A stretch of DNA of 64,000 bases from Callorhinchus milii. Its lineage: Eukaryota. Of this stretch, positions 1-13,564 are shown one piece after another (positions within the stretch are counted from its first letter, which is position 1; the number at the start of each line of letters is the position of its first letter). Position numbers and translations under genes: made by a program. Under the pieces are notes generated by a model that was not told the origin of the DNA, searched no databases, and worked only from the letters and a program-made list of their open reading frames with translations. The DNA lies in NCBI RefSeq assembly GCF_018977255.1, contig NW_024704742.1:25732001-25796000 (forward strand). Reading direction: 5' to 3'.

Positions 1-515
1 AGAGAAATTGAGACTGATGTGCGCAGTGGTATGCTCATTAAAATACCTTTGGCCAATAATAAGATCAGTCACTATTCCTTTATGATATAGATGTGGAAAT
101 CATTGCAAGCCTACTCCATCAGTGAGAAAAAAAGACTCAAGCATTTAATTTCTCTTCACTTAAATTCATAGAAATAATTCCGTTAGCAGCTCTTGATCAA
201 AGTACAGGAATTCCTTGGTGTTAGAACAACAGGAACAGGAATAACCAGGGATTATACACAACTGTTTTAGGTGAAAATTCTTGAAGACATGGTAAAATGG
301 GATGAAAATTCAGACCTCTCAGATGCGCTGACACAATTCATTCTTACCCAGCTCAATAGAAACATTGTAAGTTGCGGGAAACAGGAACCTAACTATCTGA
401 CGTGTGATTCAATGTCATTTACGTGTTATTTCCAGATCCTGTTCTATTGTTGGCAATTAATATGAAACATTTCGGTTGAAGTGAACTGCTTGCAGCGTAA
501 TTATAAATTGAGGGA

Positions 516-680
516 CAATAATAATATTAATCCTTGCATTTAATATAGTGCCTTATTGTTGAGATGTCTCAAAGCGCTTCACAGAATATACTATATAGTA
601 AATTGACTGTATATTTTGTGGGCGAAACGTGGCAGAAAATTGCGCACAGCAGTGTATCACAAGCAGTCGTGGATTGAGTG
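516..680 (-). mobile_element. SINE 3'-tail fragment (representative of many)
   Basis: (AAT)n CCTTGCATTT..TATAGTGCC...CTCAAAGCGCTTCACAG. Similar fragments lie at about 4620-4752, 7482-7630, 8963-9070, 18203-18305, 20440-20515, 26290-26400, 36540-36660, 38640-38740, 53805-53880 and 58490-58590. Confidence 0.8.
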
Positions 681-2539
681 ACCAAATTTAAACATTAAAC
701 AATATCTAACACAGCAGACTGGTGAACTGTTTGAAATAAACAAAATAAATATCCTCATAACACCAAAGTGTCAGGTGGATTTCTGAGCAACACTATGGAT
801 AGATTTATCGGTTGCACTGAAGGATTTTAATTTGTATTTATTGAAGGATGATATCAGAACAGTTTCTAATAGTCATTATCTGCCCTTTTCATTTAACTGT
901 CCAAGCTGTTAGTAGGATCTAATTATTATTCAAACCACTCGCAACATTTTAAGTGTTTTATTTTATCTTGACTAAAAAATGAACAGCAAGTTTTCAAAAG
1001 CCCATATTTTTCATGTGCCTTTAAATTTGGCTGCAATTAATCTGCCCAATTTGATTAAAAACTGCACAAATTAAATAATAAAGGCCTGTCTAATGAGGAA
1101 TTAATTATGAAAAGTAGAAGGAGAGCTGGGATGAATAAATGCAATAAGTTATGGCCCGAGGCAGGATGTGTCAGGATCTAAGGGAGACAAAGGGTTTCTT
1201 CCTCCATGTGTGCCTATGCTGATAGGACTCATCACAGATCAGTAGATCCAGAAGCCATAACAGTCCAGTAATTGAAACTGCCAAAATCAATAGCAGTGAC
1301 AGCCTTAATTAAATTAAATACGTCTCTGATGAGCTCAAACAGCATGGCAGTGGACCACTTGACCCTTTCCCCAAGCGGACCTTGATAGAATGCAGCATGC
1401 TGCTTGATGAATTTTGCCCCTGAGGATATTCCGTGCACTAACTGCTGGGGGTTGATGGGGGGGGGAGGAGGGGGAGTTTCTTCAAGAGTTATGGCCTGCT
1501 TTTCGGGAATGTAATTGTATCTAGGCTCCATGAAGTACTTCGGTCCCTGTTTCCCACAGCTTGCAATGTTTCTATTGCGCTGGGCAAGACTGAATGGTGT
1601 CAGCGCAGGTCTGAATTTTCACCCCATCTTACCATGTGAGTCCACTTAAAATTTAAAATTTAAGATCCCGCAGAATTGTGGAAACTTCTTATATATGGTC
1701 CGAATTTTCAAGCTGATTCTTTTTGAAAGCTGAGGATGAAGAGTTTTGCACAGTTCTGCATAAATTATGTTTTAAGCAAACTAAATATGTCCCAAACTCT
1801 GTCCTCTGTGTGTGGATGAGTTCTATCCGATTATTTTGCTCAACCCGGGCACCTGCGTGGGCGATATTAACGTTGCAGGTTTGAATACTTTCTCACAGAG
1901 ACGTCACAGTTCCGATCTGATTCTGAGGCTGTTGTAATCATGGAGACTGAATTGGTTGGTGGTTTCCCACTGGATTTTTAATGAACAAAGTCTGGAGATA
2001 TTCGCAGAGATGTTAGATTTTACAGGGCATATTTGCTACAAGTGCTTAAATGAAAAAGAATGATTACTTCAGGTCGAGGTTTTGTTGCTCGAGCTCTTTC
2101 CCTGTTCAGTGCTCACTGTTCACTGCTACACTTTGAAAGGTCTGGAGTCTCTCCCAGCCCCCAGAGCAAACTCTCCAAGCAGTCCTTCTTCCAGTCTCCT
2201 TACTCCCATTCCGTTGTCCCAGCTTCATGCTCTTCCAACTTGCTATCTTGTCCAGAACATGAGGCTTCGCGGATGAGGATCATTTCTGTTCTTGTTAGTC
2301 TTTCTTTTCCGTCTGTAGCAAGTAAATGATCCCATCGCTGCCATCAAATAAAGGTTTTTACAGGCTAAGACTAGGTGGAATTTTATGCTGAGCAAAGCTG
2401 TCTTTCAAATAGAAATGCGGTGCTCATGTTTTCACTCATGGGAATCTTCTGGATAAACGTAACCACCCAGGAAATGTGGAAATTTGTTGAGTTAGCAGCA
2501 GGGTTCTGAGTGTTTTTTTCAAACGTTAGTTAAAGAATG

Positions 2540-2980
2540 GTGTCAGCCTGGCTCAGTTGATAACACTCTGGCCTCTGTGTCATAGGGTGGTGGGTTGAAG
2601 CCCCATATCAGGATCAGCCATTGTCTCCGCTGACCCTTCAGTGCAGTGTTGGAGGAGCATTGTGTTGGCAGAGCTTTGGATGAGTCCTTTGGATGAGTAC
2701 TTAAACTGAGGTCACATTGACTGTACAGGTGGACATTAAAAATCCAGTGGCACTATTTGAAAAGAGAAGAGTTTTCTCCCGGTGTCCTGGCCAACAATCC
2801 CCCTGCTAAAGTTGGGCATTCACTTCATGGCTATTTGTGGGATAATGCTGTGTGCAAATTGGCTGCTGTGTTTGCCCACAAAACACACAATTATATTTTA
2901 CAGTATATCCTGTGAACCACTATGAAGTGACCTCCTGATGTCAAAGAGGCTATGTCAACTGCAAAGACTATTATTATTAT
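2540..2980 (+). mobile_element. Deu-domain SINE (SacSINE1/AmnSINE-like)
   Basis: tRNA-like head (CAGCCTGGCTCAGTTG...GGGTTGAAGCC), central GGTGGACATTAAAAATCCAGTGGCACTATTTGA...CCCGGTGTCCTGGCCAA and an (ATT)n tail. The family name is from recall of the Deu core. Confidence 0.75.
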
Positions 2981-4032
2981 AAAATGCACTCCTTAGAAAA
3001 TGGCAGTGTTACGTTATGTCACGGCTGGTGATAGAATGGCGTTTGGAACAGCCAAACCAAAGTACGTCACTTGAGAGTATCAAACCTTAATCCTGAGGTC
3101 ATGCAACCACAGAACGAGAATGATATTTTGTAGGTTAGTTCAGAAATGTCATTCCATAGCATGTACAATACACAATCTTGATTTAGTACAGAAGAGCACT
3201 TTTTGTACCAACAGCAGCAATTTATTTTTAGTTCCTTTGTTTCAAATTTTCTCTTTTTTTCAGCCAGCAGTGAGTAGTCATCCTTTTCCAGGATTCAGTT
3301 TGCCTTGACTACTTTTGATGTTGACCTGTTGAATAACATGGAGGAAACAATGCACCTCGCAGTGCCTTGAAATGTTTCACGTGAACCTTAACAATCTCTC
3401 CCTTCAGCGTAAGCTCTTTAGGGATAAGAGACAGCGATTATTGAACCAGATTCCAGCAAAATGCTGGAGCTGTTGCTCTGACGACCAGGAGAGAGATCAG
3501 GCCGCTGGTGGTGGATTCATGAGGGCTTTTGGTACCAGCTGCTAGCTCCTCAGAGAGTGGCATTCACCACTGTTCTCTCTGCCAGAAAATCTCAGCTTGC
3601 TGCCACTCTTGCAATGAGTTTGCATGGCTGTGGAGAGCAGCACTGTAATAAATGTCCATCACTTTGATGCCCGAAGAGAGCAGGACGTTGTTGTTATGAT
3701 GTTAAGGGCAGCCTGAATGAATAACGATGACTAGTAGTTTTACTTTTACTCAGAGTAACTTACAAAGTTTGGTAAAAGCCGAGTTCTTCTAACAAACACT
3801 GAGGCTGGCTATGCAAACCTGCTTACTAACTTCCAGCAGAGCAACTGAATTGTTTGGGCTTGGTTGTTACACAAAAGGATCAAGTGTTGCCAATTATAAA
3901 GGCCTGAAATGCCACCTAGTCTTAGTATGTAAGATCATTTTGTTCGAAGATTTAAGATTCCCCAGATATGTGGTAAATTCTTATACTGCATTTAGACTTA
4001 ATTTAATGCACTTAATTTAACTTTAACTTAAT

Positions 4033-4401
4033 GAAGTCCTGTAGTGCATTGGTTAGAGCCATCCCTACCAAGCGAGATGAACCAGTTTCGATTTCCAGGC
4101 AGGACGAAACCTTAGGCAAGTGTCCTTACTGCATATACTTCTGTTTACCAAGCAATAAGTAGGAATCCAGTTGTTAGACGATCGGCAGACCACGTTCTGC
4201 AGATAAAAATCCATTAAAAAAAATTGTGTCAATCAATCCACAACTCTTTGTGGAACATCGCAGTGCCAATTGGCTGCCATGTTTCACCCACAAAGTATAC
4301 AGCCAATTCACTTTACAGTATATTTTGTGAAGCGTTTTGAGACGTCTCAACGACATGCTAAGGTGCTGTATTAAATGCAGCAATAATTATTATTATTATT
4401 A
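4033..4401 (+). mobile_element. Diverged full-length copy of the same tRNA-SINE family
   Basis: Head GAAGTCCTGTAG...GGTTAGAGC, then GAAACCTTAGGCAAG and the tail AAATGCAG...(ATT)n. Confidence 0.85.
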
Positions 4402-4824
4402 ATTTGGAGATCAGTTAGTTTTTAAGGATTACGGAAAACTGATTTCAAGACTAAAGCAAAACATTTTTTCTGCAATTCTGCAGGGCCATGGATTTTAAGA
4501 CAAAATGGTTTAACAAACTGAATTAGATGAAATTTTGAGCTTTAACTGTTTGAAGAAGTTCTTGCCAACCATTTATTATTGGGCTTTGGGCTAATTATCA
4601 GCATAGTCAGAGAAACTGTGTGCAGTTGGCTGCTGTATTTCGTCCACAAAATATACAGTCAATTCACTTTTCAGCATATTCTATGAAGCCCTTTGAGACT
4701 TCGCAAAGACATGATAAGGCTCTATATCAAATGCAAGGATTATTATTACTACTGTATTTCTGGGAGATTTTCTCCTGTTTCATTCATTTCATCCTTCTTC
4801 TCCAGCCAATAGGATATAGAGAGA

Positions 4825-5542
4825 CTAGAAGACCAGCCAGAAATATGGCAAATTAAATTTAAAGTAGAAAAGTGTGCGGTTACACATTTCAGGAGGAAGA
4901 ATGAGATCTGGTATGTGCTAAATGGTAACAGTTTGAAAGGTGTAGAATAGCAGAGAGACCTTGGAGTTAACATACATAAACTTTTAAAGGTGGGAAGCAG
5001 AAGGAGAAAAATGTGAACGAAAGTTAGGTTTTATAAATAGAGGCACAGAATACAAAACAAAAGAGGTGATCTTAACTTGTGTGAATTGGTAGTTAGACCA
5101 ATTAGAATACTGTGTCCAGTATTGGTCACCCCACTTTGGATAGCATGTCAGTCCATAGAGAGGGTGCAGAGGAGATTTGCTAGAATGACACCAAGAATGA
5201 ATGGTTTGACCTGTGAGCAGAGACTGGAGGAGCTGGACCTATTTTCTTTGGAACAAGGGAAGGTTGAGGGGAGACCTGGTAAAGCTTTAATATTATGAGG
5301 ATTTTGATAGAGTCGATAGGTAGAAATTATTTTGATTCTTTGATGAGTCGGTGACAGGAGACTATGAATTGAAAATAATTAGGATAAAGATAATAGTAAT
5401 TAATAATAATTAAAATAATAAGGGATCCAAGGGGAGATCAGGCATATTTGTTTGTATACTCAAGAGAGTTATTAGAACGTGGAATATGGTGTGAAGCGCA
5501 GAGGTCGAGTCTGGATCCATGTTAGCTTTCAAGAGGGAACTA
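4825..5542 (+). mobile_element. CR1-clade LINE fragment (3' ORF2), left part
   Basis: Decayed translation WQIKFKVEKC..., RDLGV, LEYCVQYW, IERVQRRFARM and QRLEELDLFSLE is typical of the CR1 ORF2 C-terminus. Confidence 0.85.
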
Positions 5543-6880
5543 CAACAAAAACAAAAACAAAATTACATTTGTATAGCACCTTTCACATTGGGAGGATGTC
5601 CCAAGGCTCTAGACAGTCAATGTTTCGGACCTGAGCTGGGGGTCGGGATTGGGGAAGGGTAGAGGGCAAGGGGGAAAGGAGGGTGATCGAAAGCACGGTC
5701 GAAGAGAAGGGTCTTGAGATGGGCCTTGAAGGAAGCAAGGGAGGGGGAGAGGTGGAGGGACTGTGGGATGGAGTTCCAGATAGTGGGGGCAGAGTGGCTA
5801 AAGGCCCGCCTGCCAATGGTGAGGTGGGCGAGGCGGGGGATGTGAAGCAGGCTGGAAGCTGATGAGTGGGGGGAGAGGGCAGGTTGGTAAGTTGTTAGGG
5901 GGTCGCAGAGGTAGGGGGGATCGAGGCCATGGAGGGCTTTGAAGGTGAGGATCAGGATTTTGAGCTGTATCCTCTGTGTGATGAGAAGCCAGTCGAGTTG
6001 GGCGAGGATGGCTGTGATAGGGTCATGGAGCCTGGTGCGGGAAAGGATATGGGCTGCAGAGTTCTGCATGGTTTGCAACCTTTGGAGGGTTGAGTTGGGG
6101 AGGCCGACAAGCAAGGTGTTTGCATTGTTGGATGAGAGTCAAACAAGACGCTGAGATTCCGGACTGGCTCAGTGAGGTGGAGTGTGCATCCTTGGATGGT
6201 GATGCTGTCAGCGCCTGAGGTGTGGATTCGCTGACGGGAGCCAATCAGGAGAGCCTCGGGCTTGTTAATGTTCAACTGAAGAAAGTTAGCTCTCATCCAG
6301 GACTTGATGTCTGACAGACATTCTGTCAAGACAGCAGTAGTCCTGGAGTCAAGGGCGGAGGCAGAGAGATAGAGTGGGTTGTCATCTGCATACATGTGGA
6401 AGTTGATCCCATGTCTGCGGATGATATCACCAAGAGGGAGCATATAGATATTGAAGAGGAAGGGACCAAGGACAGAGCTGTGAGGGACACCATACGAGAA
6501 ACTTCGAGAGCTAGAGGAGAAACCGTTTGTGGAGATGAAGTGGAGGTGGTGTGAGAGGTACGATCTGAACCATTCAAGGACCGAACCGTGAAGGTTGAGG
6601 TGAGAGGAGAGGCGGTGGATGAGGATAGAGTGGTCAATGGTATCGAAGGCAGCAGAGAGGTCAAGGAGGACGAGGAGGCAGAGGGAGCCCTGGTCGCAGA
6701 TGGACAGAATGTCATTTGTCACTTTGATTGGAGCTGTTTCTGTGCTGTGGGCAGCACGTAAACCCGATTGGAGAGGTTTGGTGAAGGGAGTGGCGGGAGA
6801 GGAAGGAGCGAAGCTGGGAAGCAACGACTCATTCCAGGACCTTGAAAAGGAAAGGGAAGTTGGAGATAGGACGAGTAGGT
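5543..6880 (-). mobile_element. 5'-truncated, decayed L2 LINE (RT to 3' tail) inserted in a CR1
   Basis: Minus-strand ORFs give [23 protein letters not shown] and YADD. The 3' end resembles that of the 14.8-18.2 kb copy, and the tail reads (CAA/CAAAAA)n on the + strand at 5543-5562. Confidence 0.93.
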
Positions 6881-7017
6881 AGATGGGTATCCAAACAGGA
6901 ATAATTTGCAGGGTTTGGGGAAAGAGACAAGTAAGTGGGATTAAATGGATTGATCTTTAAAAGATCAGCACAGACACCATGAGTTGAATAGTTTCCTTCT
7001 GTGGTGTAAATCCCTAT
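6881..7017 (+). mobile_element. CR1 3' end, continuation after the nested L2
   Basis: TTCAAGAGGGAACTA (to 5542) rejoins GATGGGTAT (from 6882) to read FKRELDGY, followed by a CR1-like 3' UTR. Confidence 0.75.
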
Positions 7018-9699
7018 GGCTCCACAATGGAGCTGGAGATCTGTCTCTGATGGTGTCACCCAATCCTGGCCACTTGGAGGAGAGCAAAAGCATCTTGGGG
7101 TGACCTCAGGTTGGGAGAAAGCATCCAGCCCCCACCTGGCGTCACTGTCTGACAGTAAGACTACGGTCATAAACTCACTAAGCAGGGCGCCACCATGTCT
7201 GACACAATTTGGACAAGTTGATGGTTAAAAATTAATCTATATTTTATGTTCAAAACAGTGACTGATTTAAGTAATTACAATTAGTTTTGCGTTTCCATGA
7301 AAAAAATATGGCATTTCATCATTCTGCCACGTTTTTGCCCATTATTCTCACCTGTGCACTTTCCAGCTGGAGAGTGACCAAGAATGGGAACTCAGATTAA
7401 AGTCTTCATCTTTTACCAAGTTGGGGCACTAATATCAACTGTAGCACTAATAATACTGATCAGCTAGCTCAGCACAGACTAATAAAATAATAATAACAAT
7501 CCTGCGTTTGATATAGTGCCTTGAAACATCTCAAAGCTCTTCACAGAATGTATTGTAAAGTGGATTGACTGTGTAATAATATTAATAATTGTAATAATAA
7601 TAATAACTGTGTAGTATTAATAATAATAATGACTAGGAATCAAACCTGGGACTTTTCTGGTCTGCAGGATTTAGGAGATAACAACTTGCATTTCCATCAG
7701 TACTTATCACGTAGCACGAATGTCTCAAAGCGCTTTATATGCACAATAAAGTATGAAAATCTGTAAGCTATTTTTGCCATTGAAAATATGGTAGTACCAT
7801 GAAATCGCTCTGAGCTGCTACCCTGCGTGAGGGGCACTATATAAATGCAAGTTGTTGTTGTTGAAATCTTAATCACATTCCTTAAATAGTTTATCCATGG
7901 CCCGGTAAAACTCTACACTGTATCTTTTATCTGTGTTAAGAAAAGTGTTTTTTCATGGCTGTTATATTTTCAAAGTTATTCTTGAATGGACCAGGCATGT
8001 TGGTTTGGAAAGAATATGCAATAGGAACATGTTCTTTTAAGTTTAAAACCTTTTTTTCCTCATATCCATCAACATATGTCTCTTCAATGTCAAATATACA
8101 GGTTTGCATTGATAAGATACCACTATTATGCCATGCTTAGACAGTAGAGGCTTGTTGAAATGGTGCATCCTCCAAGTAGTCTAACCTTTCACATATCCAT
8201 ACCGTATAGGAGGTTGGAAACTCAGCCACACAAGTGATGAATAGCTGTAAAACTCTCAATTTCCTTTAATTAGTATGCAACATTGAGAGCAGTACAGCCA
8301 AAAAGTCTTTAAGAAGGCAAATGAGAACAGATAAAATGTGCACTTAGAAATTGCTAAAAAATGTAGAAAACCAGCATCTCCCACACATTGGCCATAAAAG
8401 CACCCACTGATCTTCTATTAGCTGTTGCAGTAATGCATTGAGATGAATGTTGAGATCTGAAGAACGACTGCAGAATTTCCTTCATTAAATTTCAATTCAT
8501 TTGACTGGAGATGGATATATCTCCACAATTTTTTTTGACTCCATAACCTGTGGTGCACTGGACTTATGAAGTGAGATTGAACGTACCCAATGTCTGCTGG
8601 TTGATCAAGATGAGAACACTGGAAATGTCAGCTTTCCCTCAGGAAGCCACTTTATTTTTACTGACCCTGAAAGCATTACAACCTTCAGGAGGCAGATGGT
8701 GATTGGAACAACTTTATTCCCCTCTATCACCAGTATGCCATCACCTTTACGATCAAGCAGCTCGCTTTCTATACGACCAGGGCCATTTATGCTCTTTCAA
8801 CAGTGGCAGTCATTCTGAGCAACTTTCTTAGCGATTGACAAGGGAGCAGCAGACAGGGAGAGATGTGTCTGAAAATGGTAATTATGCTGTGAGGTGGGGA
8901 GCAGTGGTTGTGTACCTACCTATGCAATAAAACCTGTAAAGTTTTTTTGATTGTTTCCTTCTTAATAATAATCCTTACATTTGGCATTGCACCTTTCATG
9001 TCGGGAGGAGTTCTCAAATTTCACACAATATACTGTAAAGTGTAGTAGTGTAGTGACCATGTATTCTGTAGATAAATGGTAGAGATTGACATAGGTGGGA
9101 GGAGTTTGGTAACCCATGTCAGAACTGCAGGACACCACATTCCCTAATGAAATCCAGGCTCACCGGTTCCATCCTTGCAAAATCTGTGTTCCATCTTTGC
9201 AAATTTGTTTCCCTTGTGTGGTTGCTAAGTTTGCTGGCCTTGTTGTGCTCACTAACTACTTTGTCGGAGGGCTTTTTGCATGTTAGGCTGTGATTGCTGG
9301 CAATTCTTCCCTTTTACTAGATGGTGCTATTGGCACTGAGTACCGCAATGGAATTTTTCTATGCTACTGAACTGGTGTGAAAAAATACATACATTTCCTT
9401 TTACTCTAACTATTTGTCTGCTGGAATTTCTACCCTCATGTGTTTGAGGATGAGATTGATGGGTCAATACTGTATGCTCAGAGGTCTTGGTATATGGCAT
9501 CTGCTGAATAATATTCCCAGATTTTGATTAGATATTTTTGCAGCAGATTATTCTTATTTCCTTGAATTTTACTACATTTCTTTGGTGCTGTTCCTGTATG
9601 TGTTCCTGTATTCCTGCATAAGTAGGTGGGTGACATACTGCACCCAGACAAGAACCAGCAAACTGTTTAATATTTTGGTGAGAAAAAGAGAGAAGAAAA

Positions 9700-9968
9700 T
9701 CCAGTGAAATGTGAAATCTCCACAGCTACGTAAGACGCACAGCACCTTCTTTTCCATAAACCACTATCACCCTCAATCATCCTGTCTAGGGCAAGCCACC
9801 AACCCACTTAACAGCTATCAAAAAAACACATCAGACTTGAAACATTTTCATTTTTCTCTTTGGCATCTTTCACCAAACACTTTCTCCCTTTAGGTCGCTT
9901 CGCACTCCGAGATGCTATCTTGCGTGAAGGCACTGTACAAATGCAAGTTGTTGTTGCTGTTGTTGTTG
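9700..9968 (+). mobile_element. Old L2 3'-end fragment
   Basis: Ends CGTGAAGGCACTGTACAAATGCAAG(TTG)n. The upstream part is strongly decayed. Confidence 0.55.
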
Positions 9969-11414
9969 CCATTGGTGGAGCATTTTCAGGAGCAAAACTA
10001 CTAATTTCACATTTAGTGGTCATGTGGCAAGACAGCAATGGCACAATTATAGCAGAGAGACACTCTATTGCTTCCCCAGTTTGCTCTGTGATCTCTGATT
10101 TATAGCACCAATACTCTGAACAGAATGAAGATCGAGAAAGATCCAAGAGGCAGTGTGAGAATAGTTAGCCAGAAAAACAAATTGCTGGTGTTGTAACACC
10201 TTATGAATGGATTGAGACATTCAATTTATCATTGCAAAACTCAGGGGAAAGACTGCCACCAGAAGTCTGACCTACCACAGAAAGTGCTAATACAATGCAG
10301 AGATTTGCAAACCTGACCTCCATCATATCCTGTAAAAGCAGAAGCCTCCAAGGATGCACCATAACATTTCATCCAAGAGCTGTGTGCCATTTCCAACCAG
10401 CAACATTACTCATTTGTACACAAACAAAAATAAAAATATAATATTGGGTAACCTTTCCACTTGACTGACCTTACAATTAAACCTGGGTACTCGTGCAAGT
10501 TTTCAAAATGCACATATGTTTCCTATCATACAGAACTGCCAAGAAATGGTTTTCAGTAAATTTGTAATGTGGAACATTATAAAGTATAATTACAGTAACG
10601 TAGTGAATCATAAAACAATTCTTAATTCAAAATATTCTCTAAATAAAATACAGACATGCAAACCTCCAGCAGTTTAGCTCCAGGACATCTGAGATCAATT
10701 TGAGGCACTTTTTTCAGTGTTTCCTTGAATGACAATTGAGAGTTCTGAATAGCGCGGTCTTGTTGACTGTTCACCACACTGCTTCTGACTGCCAGAGCTT
10801 GTGCAAATTCAGATCAATCTCTGGGGGCCTATATGGAGTAATTTGACTTTATATAGCTCTGTACAGTGATGAAATTAAGTCCTATTGAAACACATGGCTG
10901 ACAGGCAAAGTGTGACACTTGAATTATTATGGAGATGGCACTAATTTGAGTTACCGTCATCTTTCTCATCCTTCCCTCTACCATTCTCCCCTCATCCTTC
11001 CATCATTATTATTACCAGAAAAGACCATTTCACCCACCAAACAGGTTTGAGTTAAAATGAACTGAAACTAAGAACAATACTTGATTGTCTGACAGTTGAC
11101 AATCATGATATAAAGCTTATTGATTCTTTTTCGCATTCCCTCGCCAAACATGTAAGACTGTTCCCAGGATTCTGCCAATGCTGCTCTTGAACTGCAAATA
11201 AACAAAAGAGGCCTTAATAACGTACCACTCTCCTTCCTTTCTATCTAGTTCAGTCTTTCCTTCAGTGTTGTGACAGAATCGATATCAGGAACTCACTCAC
11301 TTTGTGGCTTCATTCCAATGTTCTCCCACTCCATAGCACAACATATTGAGAAAGATCCAAGAGGTAGTGCGAAGTCGGATTTCAGTCAGAGGGTGTACCC
11401 CATGCACAGTACCA

Positions 11415-11540
11415 CAACAACAACAACAACTTGGATTTATATAGCGCCCTCCACGCCAGACGGCGTTTCAGAGCGCTTTACAGTTTAGGAACCCGGGACC
11501 AAGCCAGGGGGAGGGGTGGGAAGGTGACCAAAGGCGCAGA
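11415..11540 (-). mobile_element. L2 3'-end fragment
   Basis: (CAA)n TTGGATTTATATAGCGCC...GGTGACCAAAGGCGC resembles the reverse complement of an L2 3' terminus. Confidence 0.7.
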
Positions 11541-12734
11541 TCAACTGAGATGCTTATCTTAGGAGAGTATTGTTCGGTTTGCACAAGACACATCTGTGTA
11601 TGCCACATGTTCATATTTTAAAATCTACTTAAGAACTCCCACAAATTAGAGCACAACTTATGTAAGTCTCCCACATTGATTTTTTTATATAATTTTTTAG
11701 CAAATATGATACATATGTTGTGCAGTTTCAAAAAAAAGTATAAATAATGTTAACTTGGTTAGTTTAATGTTGTGATTCTGTGATGACCACCAATCTACTT
11801 ACGATATAGTTGGGCAGTTTGTGACTTATGTTACATTTCTTGTGTTCAATATTTTAAATGCAGATGTTTGATGGCAGAATTGAGTAACTTCTTTGTGATA
11901 GGCTCTGTCGCTCAGTTGCTGAGCCAGGTGGGCTCACGGTAGTCCACGGTCCATAATTACTGGGAGCAGGGAGTCTTCCTATTCAGCTCCTGCCACTCCT
12001 GCAAGACAATGCCCTCATGGGTAGGTTGGTCTTAGCAGGTCATGCAGTGGGAAGCTTGCCAGGCAGCACTCACAATGACAAGCTACATGGCTTTAGCTGG
12101 TTGAACTTCACCGCTACCTCAACACACATTCTGAGGTTCCCAAGCCTTGGATCTCGCCAGCCTGCATCTACCACTCTCCAAAATTAGGTAAGCATGGTGC
12201 ATCCCTCCAGGGAGACTGCAGATTCCACTACAAACACAGACATATTTTTATGTGTAGGTAATATACATTTGTGGAATTCTCAGTCTGGTCTGCATATTCT
12301 TAAGCATGGTGATGATTATCTGCATGAGTTAGACACCCAACTGACCAAAACAAAAGTACAGTGTAAGCGCTATTTTGTACTCCTGATTAACACTCCTGTT
12401 AACTGCTGACAATTAACACTTGGTAACATGGGCAGACTGGTCAATGGTTGATGCCTTATGTAAGTTTCATATCTTGATTTCCACTTATTTCATGTATGGG
12501 GTATATAGCCTTTAAATAATTATGAAGCCTAAGTGCAGTTGGAAATAAAATAGACTAATATGATTAATATATTTAGTTATATATGTGGTTATTTGTAAAA
12601 AAATTCATAAACCTGCAGGTACTGAACCTGGATGTGTCTTAGGCCAATCCATTTGAACTCTGCTCAGGCATGAATGCCATTTTCAGCTCTTGTGAAACCT
12701 GATTGCAGTTAGTGGACGTTTCTGATGCCAAGTG

Positions 12735-12990
12735 GGAGAACAACTGAGAACTTCATCTGAGGAGAATTTGATATTGATTGGCACATGTCACATCAACACA
12801 TCATGTTCATATTTTAAATCCGTTTATGAACTAACGTAAGTGAGTGCGCATTTCATTCCAACAATCTGTCTCTGGAATTGCTATGTGTAGGTGGGATGCA
12901 TGGAATTCTCAGCTTGGTTTGGATATTCTTAAGCATGGTGATGGGTTTCTGCAAATGTCACACACCCAGCTGACCAAAACAAAACATAAA
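12735..12990 (+). repeat. Unclassified dispersed repeat (reference copy)
   Basis: The core GGAATTCTCAG..TGGT.TGGATATTCTTAAGCATGGTGATGGGTTTCTG...CTGACCAAAACAAAA recurs at about 12180-12357, 18560-18707, 58760-58900 and, reversed, 54495-54610. Confidence 0.7.
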
Positions 12991-13564
12991 TTAGATCCCA
13001 TACCAGAAGCTTGTTTCTACATTCCCTAACTTCTGTGGTCTTGGCAAAAATGTAGTTTGTACAAGTTGCCTGTGACGATCTTCTTTCATTTCTGTAGCCA
13101 AATAATTAATACTTTGGTGGTTACATTATTGTATTTTCACCTCTTTGTTTTTGCATCATCTGTGGTTAGTCCTTCTGAAAAGTAAGATGCAGCTATCATG
13201 TTTGAGTGTTCCTTATTTTCAGTGTTGAGCAGAATCGAGCGCATTTGGTTTCTCACCCAAGGGATAGGATTAGATGCTACTTTGTGATGGGAAATGTGAG
13301 ATAGATCCTTTAAAAGAATGAGACCTTGGGAGTAGATCTCAAACTGGAGAACCGGGGAGATATTTAACAGTGTTATGCTTGAACTGTTAGTTTAAATCCC
13401 CAAAGAACTCTCCTACAGGCTAATTGTACAGATTTCTTCCTTTCATCTAGAAAATTGTAGGATTAAAAGTTTCAAGGGAACCCACTAAGCACTTGTACTG
13501 TGGAATGTCAAACATTACATATTGGGGATAGAAGTTAAATCTTTGTAGATGGAAAACTTTACTC

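Noticed and set aside
1232..1531. 99-aa minus-strand ORF with a poly-Pro stretch, and the other short ORFs in the flanks
   Set aside because: No recognisable domains or exon structure; the poly-Pro comes from a G homopolymer and the lengths are compatible with chance.
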